Shown: piece after piece, positions 38,226-51,551 of the stretch | How positions within the stretch are numbered: the stretch's first letter is position 1 | Layout of the letters: each line of letters opens with the position of its first letter | Source of the DNA: Octopus sinensis | Lineage: Eukaryota | NCBI RefSeq assembly: GCF_006345805.1 | Contig: NC_043004.1 | Coordinates: forward strand, 97,960,001-98,024,000 | Length of the DNA stretch: 64,000 bases | Reading direction: 5' to 3' | Program-made: the position numbers and the translations under genes | The notes under the pieces: generated by a model | What the model saw: only the letters and a program-made list of their open reading frames with translations | The model's database searches: none | What the model was told of the DNA's origin: nothing

Positions 38226-39539
38226 GTATAAGTGTGTGTGTGTACATATATATATCATCTCGATATATAAATATGTAAGCATATATATATATATTGAAAG
38301 AGAGTGACAGACAGAGGCATAAAGGTATACATACATAGAGACATACATGCATGCATGGCTGCATACATACATACATAAATGCATATACATACATACGTAC
38401 ATACAGGCCTACATACATGTACTTGCCTATCTATTCATAAGTCAGGAAAATCAGGCGCTCGTGTATATAACAATAAATTTATATTAATATTCACACTTTT
38501 TAACCTACTTTTTGCAAAACTGTTCCAGCTAGATTTTTCCGATCCTCTCCATATGAGAGTAGATACTCCTGAACCGTGTCATACTGGTAAACAATCCACT
38601 ATTTGTTTACCGCATAAAAACCTTCACATACCTATACGTGTACCTGTCCACATGATTTTAGAAACGGTCATCCGATGCATTTCTCCTTTTTTGCTTTCGC
38701 CCCCACCCACACACGACGACGCTAAACTAGCCGCATGCAAGTCCAGAAGTCCAGTGCCTTCTCTGCTCGGAGTTACCCTCATGTCATGAAGGCACACCGA
38801 CACCTGTGCAACTTTCATGAATTTCTACTTTGTAGTTCTCCGCGAGATTCTTCCGGTCCAGTTTTTTTGCAATCTCCACAAACCGGATGGGGTACTCTCA
38901 GGCCACTATTTCCAGAGAGCCGTAACTATACTCTTGTGTACATACGCACACACATACATATACATATATACATACATACATACGAACAAACATACATACA
39001 TACAATTTTGTAGGGGATAGTTGTATTCATCAAAGCGACGAAGAAAATGCCTTGCAATATTTGTTCTTGCTCTATATGTTCTGTGTTCAGATCTCACTGT
39101 GGTCAGCTAAGTTCTTTATTATTCCAGCATCGGTAAAACAAAATACCAGTGACAACCTTGGATCATTCATATCGAATTTAACCCTCCATGTAAAATATCC
39201 ATGTCTAATAGTAGGGCTAACGTTAGACCCTATTGTTTGACATACATACACATACGCCCCCTACCAACATGGTATGATCAATTGTATAAGCTCTTGATTA
39301 GCTTATAAGTAGCTGAACATTCGACGGACACGTGTATCATTTACATTATTGTGGCGTAGAATTTGTGTGGCCCTGACAAGAGTATGGCTTTAAGCTGCAT
39401 CCAGTCGGGGAATCCTGGTTCAGGTGTTCCATAGTCTCGAGAATTGTAGAATCACATATTAACCATTATTATTTCCAGGGTTACTCTTACCTGGAGTATT
39501 TCTACCTATCATGATCCTAGCTATGGTTTTAAATTGGAA

Positions 39540-39870
39540 GTCTCTTGGGCAGATGGCACTTGATAGTCTGGTGAGAGGCAACTCGTCTTGGTAAGAAAAG
39601 TCGGATTCCAAACCTTCGTGTTTGCGGCTATAACCAACCATGAAAAAGGCCTCGGAAATAAACGGCGAGATCCGGAAAACGGAAACCCTGAGGCAGGTTC
39701 ACGTTGTCGACAACATTGTTCTGGCAACTTCTGCAAGGACCTACGTAACGCATTGTAACGGCTGTGCTGTTCTTCTGGATCAATTAGGGGCATGAAAAGG
39801 AGTGAGTAGTCGCAGCATGGGTGACAGCCTGTCCTCCATACCATACTGTCCAGGTCTGGATGCTACTGAA
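39540..39870 (+). mobile_element. Degenerate interspersed repeat related to 53700-53890, possibly an RTE-type LINE 5' region
   Basis: Shared ordered motifs (ctgc.acg...tgta.cggc...tggat.a.at...gcatggg); the family assignment is inferred only. Confidence 0.35.
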
Positions 39871-41082
39871 AACCTTATATTCTCCCTATAGGGTGGACGA
39901 CTAGGACCTTCATCCATAGTCATTAATGACAAATGAAAGTTACAGTGAGTGTAATATTTCAAGGTCGTAACATTTTGATCACCGGTAAAATTCAATCAAT
40001 TGGTTTCCATAATGTTTCTGTCTACCCAGTTTTACTCAAAACATATGGCTTAACGCTAAACTAATAAAAATATCATTTATGAAAAATGCCACTCAGTGGG
40101 AATGAACACAAAACCTCCTGCTTATGAAACGACCTTAACCATTAAGTCATATTGAACCTAAATGTGTTTTCGCACTCAATCAGACATATATACTGGCATA
40201 ATGGATGCATGGAGCCTTTATATGTATTTTTAAATAGTTAAAAGACTGATAATTTCTCAGTATTATATCAATTTATATCGGTTTTCTAGAACTTCTTTTA
40301 TTTAGGTTTGGGAAAACACAAGATCCATGTAAGTTATGTACACAAATCCACACTCCGACACATATATATGCAAATTATGTAACATGAGAACGATAGAGTA
40401 ACTCAAAATTTTATGTATTTACAATTATTTCCATAATAGCCACTTCATCAGAAGTTTTAAATTACACAATTTCTGTCAGAAAATATCTGTAAAAAAATAC
40501 TTTATCGAAGAATATATTAATACTGCGAGCAAACAAAGAAAAACGTAAAAGATGATATGAAAAATGTTCAACTGCCACCATGTCCGTATTCCTGGACGCT
40601 GTTGCTATGAATTAGCAACAGTAGAAACGAAGACCCTAGCATATATATATATATATATATATGCTTCCCCACACATAATAACATGTATCTACATATATAC
40701 ATGAGTGTGCCTACATTTACATATGTATGTATATTTAAGTTTATCTCAACACATTTTTGTGAAGAATTCAAAGCCAGCAGCATAAGTTACGATATCTCGC
40801 TTACGAATACGCTTATGTAATCAATGCCATCTTCGACCACATTATTTATATAAGCGCATTGTTTCTATATCGAAGATAGAACAAAATAGGTAATGGTTGT
40901 ATATACAAATTTAGGAATTATTCCTCTTTCATCAGCACCATACCCAACCCAACAACTATAGATGAACGCATTGCATGAATACCGACTAAGGTTAGTGGTG
41001 TAAAACTACTGGATAGAGCAATACATACATACATACATACATACATACATACATACATACATACATACATACATACATACAT

Positions 41083-41121
<39 letters not shown>

Positions 41122-41129
41122 CATATATA

Positions 41130-41230
41130 CGACTGGCATCTTTCCGTCTACCAAATCCAAGGTGCCACGCAGTGGGACTGAACCCGGAACCATGTGGTTG
41201 GTAAGCAATCTACTTACTACACAGCCATTC
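41130..41230 (-). mobile_element. SINE family B head fragment
   Basis: Reverse complement of the head (gtgggactgaacccggaaccatgtgg). Confidence 0.8.
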
Positions 41231-41232
41231 CG

Positions 41233-41273
<41 letters not shown>

Positions 41274-41418
41274 TTGCCAAACTAACGTGGCAGTCCAGAG
41301 AAATAGGAAGAATGCTGCTGTTGACTAGCTCCGAGAGGCAATCGCCTCTAGCTAGCTATATGACGCACAGATCTGCATCCATAACACCTTCAAACAGGGG
41401 AGGTCATCGAAAACAACG

Positions 41419-41925
41419 AAAATTCACTGAGTATTTGATTACTTGTGGACGCGTTTCTGAGTTAGATAGATATGAAAATGCAACATTCACATTTTCATTC
41501 GATCATTCTCTTCATCAGCACAAGATTTCAATCTTTTAAATTTGAGACCACTGAAAAAATTAAGCATACGTATCTGATTCAAGTAACATCAGACAAACTA
41601 TATCCTATGACCAGTACTAACGAATTCAAAACATACGAATGATGTCTCGTATTCTCCCTCACCCACCCATTCTACATAGGTGGGTGAGAGAGAATACGAG
41701 ACTCATTCGTATGTTTTGAATTCGTTAGTACTGGTCATAGGATATAGTTTGTCTGATGTTACTTGAATCAGATAGTATGTTTAATTTTTTCAGTGCTCTC
41801 AAATTTAAAAGATTGAAATCTTGTGCTGATGAAGAGAATGATCGAATGAAAATGTGAATGTTGCATTTTCATATCTATCTAACTCAGAAACGCGTCCACA
41901 AGTAATCAAATACTCAGTGAATTTT
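41419..41925. repeat. Near-perfect foldback palindrome, ~250-bp arms with an 11-nt loop
   Basis: Left arm 41419-41667, loop cattctacata 41668-41678, right arm 41679-41925. About five differences counted by eye. Confidence 0.95.
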
Positions 41926-43624
41926 GGTTATTTTTTTCCTCTATGCCTACGTGGCTTGTTTTGAGTATTTGTTATCTAGGAGTTGCTTCTCATAGTAGAA
42001 GAAATAGCTGAGTTTTTGCTGCTATTTCGAAAGTTCAGTATGTGGTTAAGGAAATTTTTTGCTGAACCCTAATTATAATTATACTCATAATTATAAAACA
42101 AATATTAAATATATATATATATACTCCCGCACATACATTTATGCAGACACACTCTTATACATATATGCGTGTGTATACATGCATACAAAATTATACTATA
42201 TTTGGTCAGCTGAATGTTTGCATCACTTAAACTTTAAGCTTTTGTGTCTATTATTGTTTTAAGTTCAATTTCTCTTCCCTTATCTATACACACAATTCCA
42301 ATTTTCTATTTGTGATGTTGATTTATCTAATTATTATCCTTATTATTAATATTTTCTATCCTCAGTACAAAGTGAATGTTTGGAGACTTCTTTCACTATG
42401 AATTTATAAATGGACTATAAGTATGAAAGTTTGTTTAAAATATAAACTACATCTTCTATTAGATTATCCATAAGTTAATGCATTTAACTATTTTGGTAAA
42501 ATTACGAATTATCTTTCTGTTGTATTTGTTTTTCGTAACTGATTGTCATAGCTATAAAATCGTTAAATATTTCATGGAGCACTCGAAGATATATTTGACT
42601 CAATTTGATACAAATTGAGATGCGACCTTGCTTGACACTTACTTCTTTGGATGCAAATCGTATATGCTACGTGTTTGGTTCTTTGTAAATTTAAGAATTT
42701 ATTACTACGTATTCCAATACATCATTTTTAGAGTCGTAATACTTTCCTCAGGGACGACGTATCCAAACGCTCCCCCACCATCATTTTAGCTTCTAATACG
42801 CCCTGTCTTCCCATTCGGTCAAAGATTATGCGAAAACTGCTTGCTAGTTACTGTTATATAAAGCAAGCTAACCTAACCCATTCTTTTCTTAGTAGTCCGG
42901 CTAAAGACAAGAAAATAGCTTGTAAAATATACATAATCTACTATCCTTTTATGTGAAATAACTATTTTTTATTAGGCCTGTTTAATTTTTATTGTATAAC
43001 ATATTTGCATAGCAATGAAATCAATGAACAATTCATGGAGTACTTTTGAATAGATCTACCTGTGTTTCATACAAATTATGATATATCCTGTTTTGAGTAT
43101 CCCTAGGTGTCTACAGATGTTATGTGTGTATGTGTGTGCACACGCGCATGTGCGTGTGTAAGCGTGTTTACATTTGTGTTTGTGTGCGATAGTTAGAAGC
43201 GTGTCTTTAGGTATTGTGAATTGGTTTGTACTGACACAAGCAAGTTGATTCTGTAACTTGTTTTGATAAATACTGGCCGTAAAACACTAAAGAAAAAATA
43301 ATGACAAAAATAAACATTACAGATTGCAAATCGGAAAAGGAGAGCCGATGATGAAATGAAGGAAGGTAGAGGGCAACTGAATTTCAAGATAAGAACTGAC
43401 TCACTGATGAAATATCAAAAAATATATGCTCAGAAAAATAAAGAAAGAGGATCTTACAGTTTCGAGCAAAGTTCTTCAAAATTATAGGAAGTACATACAC
43501 ACATAAGCAGGAATACGTATGACTATGTTTGCATACGAATATATATATAAAAGCATTTATGTATACACATACGCATGCACATTAGATTTATATATATTAT
43601 ATATATATATATTATATATATATA

Positions 43625-43665
<41 letters not shown>

Positions 43666-44417
43666 TACAAGGTAAGATTTTGTATTTTCACTTAATGCTG
43701 TATATCAGAAATAGAGTCTTTGTTTATTTCTTCACTGCATAAACTTAATGCTTGTCACAAATAATTGATAATTATTGAAAACTGGTGAAAACGTCTCGCT
43801 GAAATTAATTGCGATGTAACCTGAGAAGCGTCTATAGCATGTATCTTATTACTGGATGAATATATATATATATATATATGTAACCATCGTCATCAACATC
43901 ATCACCACTTTACACGAGCAGTTCATGCTAACATGTGTTGAATAAATCACATGGTACAAGCGTGTTCTTATTCGAGTTACTGTTGTTGTCACTTGGAAAA
44001 TCGGAAGATCGAGTCATATGCGTACAATTTTTAGCATGATTACTATGGCTGGATGTCCTTCCCAACTCCAGGAAATTTTTGTTATATATTTTTTGTATTT
44101 TTGCGTGGCATCAGTACTAGAGTGGTTGCCATATCCCTGGCAAGACAAAACTGAATGCAACCGTTGGCTTTACATTTTCTCCGGTCTTTCTCTAAACACT
44201 TCATAGAATGTACTAAAGTACTAGGTGCATGTTATCGTGGAACCAGCACCACACCGTGAATTTGTTCTGCTCATTCACCAAAGACTTCGTAAACTGTACT
44301 GGGCGCATAGTGCCGTGATGCCAGGGCCTTTTATCCCACAAGATAGAAGAGCCTTCTTTACTCTAAATTGTCTTCATTTATTCAGGATCAATTGTGAAAA
44401 ACTACAAAAGATAAATA

Positions 44418-44835
44418 GGTGCAGGTGTGGCTGTTTGGTAAAAGGCTTGCTTCCAAGCCGCAGGGTTCCGAATTCAGTCCCACTGCGTGGCATATTGGGC
44501 AAGTGTCTTCTAATATAACCTCGGCCGATCAAAGCCTTGTGAGTAAATTTGGAAGACGGAAACTAAAAGAAGCCCATATATGTGTGTGCGTACGCGTAAT
44601 TATGAATGTGTGTGCCTGTGCTTGTACCTCCCACCACTATTGCTTGACAACCGATGCTGGTGTGTTTATGTCATCGTAATTAGCGGTTCAGTAAAAGAGA
44701 CCGCGACAATAAGTACTAGGCTTACAAAGAGTAAGTGCTGGGATCGATTTCTTCAACTAAAACCCCTTAAGGTAGTGCTCCAGCATGACCGCAGGCAAAT
44801 GACTGAAACAGGTAATAGATTAAACAAATAAGAGA
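44418..44835 (+). mobile_element. Older SINE family B
   Basis: Diverged full-length match to family B. Confidence 0.8.
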
Positions 44836-44889
44836 GAGAATCTGATGATATGAGGGTCAACTGAAGGTAACTAGGTTAGCAAAGGAGGG

Positions 44890-45235
44890 GCCTATTCTCG
44901 TACTCATTGCAGTCCCCGATTTTTGTCGATATAAGGGTCTTTGAAACCTAATAAATGTGTTAACTTGCTCAGGGTGTTGAGAACGATACATAGGCCAAAG
45001 CGAAATTAGTCTACGCCACAGGATGACCCTACGTAGATCTTAGATTAAAGTTCGAAAATACAGAAAAATAGCATTTAGCGAATACATCGACATTTGCGCC
45101 ACTAACGAACAACCCAAATTCAGAATTTCCCCCTCTATAAATTCAGGGACGATGCAACCTACAATCAGCGAATTAGAAAAGAGTCCTTGCAAAATATAAA
45201 TCCATTTTTAACGCTTTTGAACCACATATGACACT
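44890..45235 (+). pseudogene. Penelope-like GIY-YIG endonuclease remnant (CxxC type)
   Basis: NLINVLTCSGC*ERYIGQSEISLRHRMTLRRS*...FSEYIDIC...KFRI, then after a frameshift FPLYKFRDDATYNQRIRKE...PFL. Confidence 0.7.
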
Positions 45236-45419
45236 ACTACAAGGGTCTTAGAATAATACCTACGCAAATATTAAAAGGGATATATTCAGAACAGTCACTA
45301 CCTATGAATTTATTCAGAACAGTTCCAATCACTACTGCTATAATTATAACAGGTCACTTTTAAGTCACTTGACCATTTATGAAGACTCTACCAACAGTCT
45401 GCTACTGTCGTATGACAGT

Positions 45420-45530
45420 AGCACACTTCCGACTTTTTCTTCTTTTTCTTCTTCTTCTTCTTCTTCTTCTTCTTCTTCTTTCTTCTTCTTCTTCTTCTTC
45501 TTCTTCTTCTTCTTCTTCTTCTTCTTTTTT
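45420..45530. repeat. (TTC)n microsatellite
   Basis: Read directly. Confidence 0.95.
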
Positions 45531-45884
45531 GCCGTCTCCTTCCTCGGCTACTGCTGCATAAACAATCAAAATCCAGAACCAACATCCCTCATATTAAATA
45601 TTCCTTCAAATTTGTTACTACCTACCTACCTACCTACCTACCGAGCCTTCACAAAAAGAAAAGAGAGAGACAGTAAAAAGGAAAATGTCCGCCTATTTGA
45701 AAAACTATGGAAATAATTTTAAAAAATCATTTCATTTAATTTTTCCACAATTTAATTCTTTTCATGTTTTACTCTAAATTGAAAAAGTCGCAAAGGCTGA
45801 AACCGGTGCTAAAATGTACTTCATGATAAAAACATTTTAGTATTTTCTATCTTGTCCTATTTTCCTTATATATATATATATACG

Positions 45885-46040
45885 ACGGACTTTCTTTGAG
45901 TTTCCGTCTACCAAATCCAATCACAAGGCTTTGGTCGGCCCGGCGCTATAGTAGAAGCCACTTGGGGAAGGTATCACACAGTGAGACTGAACCCGGATCC
46001 ATGTGACTGAGAAGCAAATTTCTTACCCCACTGCCACATA
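45885..46040 (-). mobile_element. SINE family B fragment
   Basis: Reverse complement of the head and CORE-like region. Confidence 0.75.
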
Positions 46041-46730
46041 TATAATGATTCACAACCGCTGTGGCTATTCACATTTAATGTAAATTTTTGTATGTTGCCT
46101 CGGTGGTAGTCGTTATTCTCTCCCAGCTTATGTTTTTGGGGTTTTTTTTTTACCAATTATTATAGTTCTATGTCATCATTATCGAGAAGTGAAAGCAATA
46201 TAAGATCAGTGTCACATATCTACTTCAGTATCCTTTTCTCACAACAAGTTTCATCCAAATTAAACGCTCGAAACTTGTACATGTTGACATTTGTACGCAG
46301 AAGAGATCCACACGAACACCGAGTCCTTTCTAGCACATTACATCTATCTGATGTTAAATCTAACATTCTGTCACCTCGATTTCTCGTACATTACATCTAC
46401 CTGTCTTTAAATCTAGCATACTGTTACCTCGATTCCTTGAATAGTTCATGTACACTAACAAAATAGTTTCAGGAAAGCCAACTTGCTTCATTTCTTTCTA
46501 GACTTCACAAGGGGAACAACTCTCTTGTCTAGAAAATCACAATTGTCAAAGACATCATACGATCTAGGCTTCTTAGGTTAGAAAACAGAAGCTAACAACA
46601 AATACACACACACACACACCACACACACATACACACATACGGACGCACAATCATGTGCGCACATAACACATATACATACATACATACAGAGGTATGTATG
46701 CATATACATACATTTAGATATACATATATA

Positions 46731-46764
<34 letters not shown>

Positions 46765-46766
46765 AG

Positions 46767-46804
<38 letters not shown>

Positions 46805-47304
46805 ATATATATACACATACACACACATATATATATATATACATACACATATAAAAATATATATATATATTTATTCATATAAATGTATACACAGAGAGAG
46901 AGAGAGAGAGAAAGAGAGTGAGAGGGAGAGAGATATACCATCATATATAGAAATATATATATTCATCGATATATCTATATACATTTAAGCAAATATACAC
47001 ATACATGTATATATTACTCGTACATACACTATTATTTAAGTATATATGTATGTGTACACACACACACACGCATACATACGCACAAACATATGTGGATGTA
47101 GTCATTTGTGTATGCGAGTATGTATGTACATATACATGGGAAATATCGTGATGAAGGTTTTTGATTTCTAATGTGAGAAAATCTTTCGAAGGAAATGTCT
47201 TGCTAATTTTGAAATCTGTGTGAATATCATGCTTCTTCCAGAAAATTAAAACCAAAAACTAAATCTATGAAAGATCAATTTGTTCTTAGCTTTCCTTCTG
47301 TCAG

Positions 47305-47350
47305 ATGGCACCAGCAGATCATGAATCTCCTGGTGAAGTTCCTTTCTCAG
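47305..47350 (+). other. Candidate 46-bp exon
   Basis: Acceptor gctttccttctgtcag| and donor CAG|gtaatt. Two open frames: MAPADHESPGEVPFS or WHQQIMNLLVKFLSQ. Confidence 0.4.
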
Positions 47351-47398
47351 GTAATTCACTACTCCTCTTAGAATTAGTCCTTATACAACATACAACAT

Positions 47399-47465
<67 letters not shown>

Positions 47466-47521
47466 TACACATTTATATATATATATAATATAGATATATA
47501 ATATATATATATACATTTTAT

Positions 47522-47577
<56 letters not shown>

Positions 47578-47772
47578 TGACATTCTCTATTTTTAGTGTT
47601 CAAGTACCAAATCGACAGTGAATAATTTCAAATTTCCTGCATTATCGAGATCATTGCATTTCGATAATGTTCCACATGTATTAGTGTTTTCCATACCAAC
47701 GTTCCTAAAACATTCGTCTCTGATTCGTTGATACGAATTGTCAGTTCTGCGACATGTTTATTTTGATATTGG

Positions 47773-48430
47773 TTTCAAGTTTTGGCACAAGTCCAGCAAA
47801 TACGGAAGGGGTGGTTGCTGTTCCCCAGTGCTTAAATTGTACTTATTTTATCGACCCCGAAAATGTCGAAGGCAAAGTCGACCTCTTCGGAATTTGAACT
47901 CAAGTCGTAAAGACGGACGAGATGCTGCCAAGCATTTTACTCGGCGTGCTAACGATTCTGCCAGCTCACTGCTTTAGTGTGTATATTGACATTGCGAAAC
48001 ATAAGGGCGGCGAGTTGGTGGAACTGTTAGCACATCGGACAAAATATTTAGCAGCATTTCGTCTGTCTTTACGTTCCGAGTTCGAATTCTGCCGAGGTTG
48101 ACTTTGCATTTCACCCTTTCGGAGTCGATAACATAAGTACCAGTTATGTACTGCTTGTAATCGACTTACTCCTCCTTCCAAAATTGCTGGTCGTGTGCCA
48201 AAATTTGAAAGCAATTTTAAGAAATATTACCTAAGGTGACGAGTTGGCAGAATTGTTAGCAAATCAGGTGATTAACTCAGTGGCATTTCATCCGCCTTCA
48301 CGTTCAGAGTTCAAATTCTTCCAAGGTAGAGTCTTCCCTCTATCTGTTTGGAGTCAATAGAATATATACCAGTCACGTACTGGAGTCAAAGCAATCTACA
48401 TTGCTGGCTTTCTACCAAAAATTTAGACCA
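47773..48430. mobile_element. SINE family A cluster: minus copy 47773-47975, plus copies 48005-48212 and 48230-48430
   Basis: Head-to-head inverted pair ~30 bp apart, followed by a more degenerate copy. Confidence 0.75.
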
Positions 48431-49151
48431 ACACTAAAACCTCTTCTTTTGATTTGAAGTCACCGTTTATCTTAGGTTATGATTTGAGAATCGTATTAAT
48501 AATTGTTACCAAAAATGGCAAAAAACCAATAATTTTGAGGGTTTGAAGCCTGTACAATCAATCCCCAGTAGTGGACTGGTATATATATATTTTTTTATTC
48601 CGAAAGGATGAAGGCACTGTTTGACTTCGGTATGAGTTGAACTCAGAATTTTAAAGGAAATGATGTAAACATCTTGTGCTTCGAATTTGTGAACAAAGCC
48701 AGTATTTTGAGAATAAAGTGTAAGCATTTACTATCCACACTGGTACATTATTTTACCGATTGTGAAAGACCATAGGCTTGTGTTTACAAGAATATACATA
48801 CACATAGATAAAATATTGTGCGTGTGTGTGTATATATGTATATGTATATGTATATGTATGTATATATATATGTATATATATGTATATATATATGTATATA
48901 TATATATATATATATGTATATATAATATATAATATATGTATATTGTGCGTGTGTGTGTGTATATGTATATGTATATGTATATGTATGTATATATATATGT
49001 AATATATATATAAAAATATATATATGTATCTATATATATGTATATATATAATATATATATAATTGTATATATATATATATTAATATATATATATATACAT
49101 ACATACACATACATACTCACATACATACATACATAATGCATACATACATAC

Positions 49152-49184
<33 letters not shown>

Positions 49185-49227
49185 TGATGTATGTATGTTG
49201 TATGTATGTATGTATGTATATGATTAG

Positions 49228-50220
49228 CTAAATCCTTTTCGAATCAAGTTTTGTTGTATCATGGTCCATTCGAGTAAAGAGATCGTGCTGAGAGAGATGT
49301 ATCCAGGTGTAGGTAGCTTGTCTGGTATTCCTTGAAGAAATTCGTCCAGATTCCGTTTCTTCTTTTATCTGTTTCGGGACAATGTTAAATAGAGCGGGGT
49401 CTGTTGAGGAAAAGACATTGTGTCGTGATCCCGAACTGGGTATGGGGACTATGGTCCGTAGTGCTAGCCTTGTATGAATTTTGAAGCTAATGCTGACGTC
49501 GTTTGGGCAAGGTTGGTAGTATATTTTCCACATCATGCAAATGATGTATCGCTCACGGCGGTGCAGGAGAGAATAGAGTTTCAAAGCTTTAAAGCGAACC
49601 CAATAATCGACATCAGTCATACTTTTAATTCTTTGGGACGATTCGGTTTTTGAAATGTTTTGTTTTGTGTGGGGAGACCACAGAGGGTAGCAGTATTCGA
49701 GGTGTGGCCGTATGAAGGAGGAAGAAAAGATGAATGATGACACCTTGTTCTCTGGACCGTAAGGTTCTTAGTATCCAGGAGCTAATCCTACGAGCTATAT
49801 CGACCTTATTGTTAATGTGGGCACTCCAGCTGAAATTGTTGTCAACAATTACTCCTAGGTTTCTGGTATTATTAGATGCTATGAGTGGTTCCCCTGCGTT
49901 AAGAGAATGTCGCTATTTTAGCATACACATTTTTTTCCAAAATGCACCAGCTAAAATTTTCTCTCGTTTAATTGCATTCTGTTTTTAGATCAGACTGGAG
50001 TTCAGTTCGGTCTTCCTCTCCGTTGATAATTTTCTGGATCTTGGAGTCATCACCGAATATTTTCAATTTGTTGTGCTTTATGATGCTGGAAACGTCGTTT
50101 ATGTAGACTATGAAGAAGAGCGGGCCCAAGACAGAATGTACACGGTGATGCTTTACTATAGCGTCATAAATTTATCGACTGCTATTTCCAGTAAACATTG
50201 GTGCCTTGTTGTACCACTAC
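49228..50220 (-). pseudogene. Decayed CR1-clade LINE RT fragment, relative of 54.5-56.7 kb
   Basis: GVQQGT, FGDDSK, IRPHLEYCYPLWSPHTKQNI and LKLYSLLHRRERYIICMMWKI match the 648-aa ORF; frameshifted. Confidence 0.85.
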
Positions 50221-50249
50221 TCTCTCTCTCTTCTCTCTCTATGTATGTA

Positions 50250-50294
<45 letters not shown>

Positions 50295-50299
50295 ATATA

Positions 50300-50560
50300 T
50301 ATAATATAATTCGAGACAAAACCACTATTTTAAACCAAACAAGGAAAGATTTAATCAATACATAAAATTTTAATATAAATAATTAAATAAATTAAATAAA
50401 ATAAATAAATAAATAAATAATAAAATAAATAAATAAATAAAATAAATAGTGGTTTTGTCTCGAATTATATTATATAATATTACTATAAAATTGGATTTAA
50501 CCTAAATCTGATTTCCCTGTAATTTGGATTCATCCCTAATATTTATTATTATTATATATA
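50300..50560. mobile_element. Inverted pair of a TA-targeted repeat (same family as the 19.4-kb unit), probable PLE ends
   Basis: ataatataattcgagacaaaaccactatt pairs with aatagtggttttgtctcgaattatattat. The minus strand matches the 19470-19590 unit, and there is (TA)n on both sides. Confidence 0.65.
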
Positions 50561-50911
50561 TATATATTATATATATATATATATGCTAGGTGTATGTGTG
50601 ATATTTATATTATGTATGTATGTGTGCTGTGTGTTGTGTGTGGTGTGTGTGTTGTGTGTGTATGTGTGTATATATGGTGTATATATTATGAATACATGTT
50701 ATATTGTGTGCTGTGTGTATATATTATTAATGTGGGTGCGCTGTGTGTTGTGTGTGTTCTGTGTGTGTGTTGTATGTATGTGGTGTGATTTGTATACTAT
50801 GTGTGTGTGTGTGTGTGGTGTTGGTGTTGTTGGTGTGTATAATGTGGGTGACAAACAACGCTGTCTGACCAGCAGGCACACGGACACATCTATTCACACC
50901 CGCATACTCAC

Positions 50912-50998
50912 CTCCCATTAACCCCAAAATCATGATGCTTGAAGGGGAAGTATAAACCAAACTGGGTACAATCTTTTTCTCTCAATTCAACTTTTCTG
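50912..50998 (-). other. Candidate 87/84-bp exon (NAGNAG acceptor)
   Basis: Acceptor ttttttttactgacctgtttgttttag|cag with a CTGAC branch-like motif, and donor GAG|gtgagt. Contains atcATG giving MILGLMG; one other frame is fully open. Confidence 0.5.
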
Positions 50999-51551
50999 CT
51001 AAAACAAACAGGTCAGTAAAAAAAAAAATTCTCGCCTTCGATTTAAAATATTTGAGATGTCTTAAAATATCCATTTTAATTCTCTCTGTCAATATTACAA
51101 GCTTTCTCACCAACTATACACTTCCTTATGTCTTTAACATGTCCTTTCTACCAAAGACTGTATAATATACATGTAATGTGACAATTTGCGACACCAATAA
51201 TTAACGCAACCAAATTCCAATAATATATTTGTTTTATTCTTTTCTGCCAATTTTTCCAATATTCTCATCACACTATTGAACTTTTTTATGCCCTTAACAT
51301 ATCTCTGTTACCAAACTTATATTATACATGTAATGTGACAATTATGTATAAAAAAACATTTTTCAATTCATAATATTCAATGTGACAATTATGTAAAAAA
51401 CTTTTTTTGAAACCATAATATTCAATGTTACTTTTGACAATCTTTTACCAAAGAGTGAAACCGGTTAAGTAAATAAACATCGTTTAAATTGCATTTTCAA
51501 ACCTTTTTTCATATATAATATATATATCTTGAGAAGAATATATATAATATT

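Noticed and set aside
44200-44330. WCWFHDN resembling mariner HHDNA
   Set aside because: Single motif; flanking residues do not match and no TIRs were found.
46335-46436. 53-bp imperfect tandem duplication
   Set aside because: Two diverged copies only; an ordinary local duplication. The same applies to 51115-51420.
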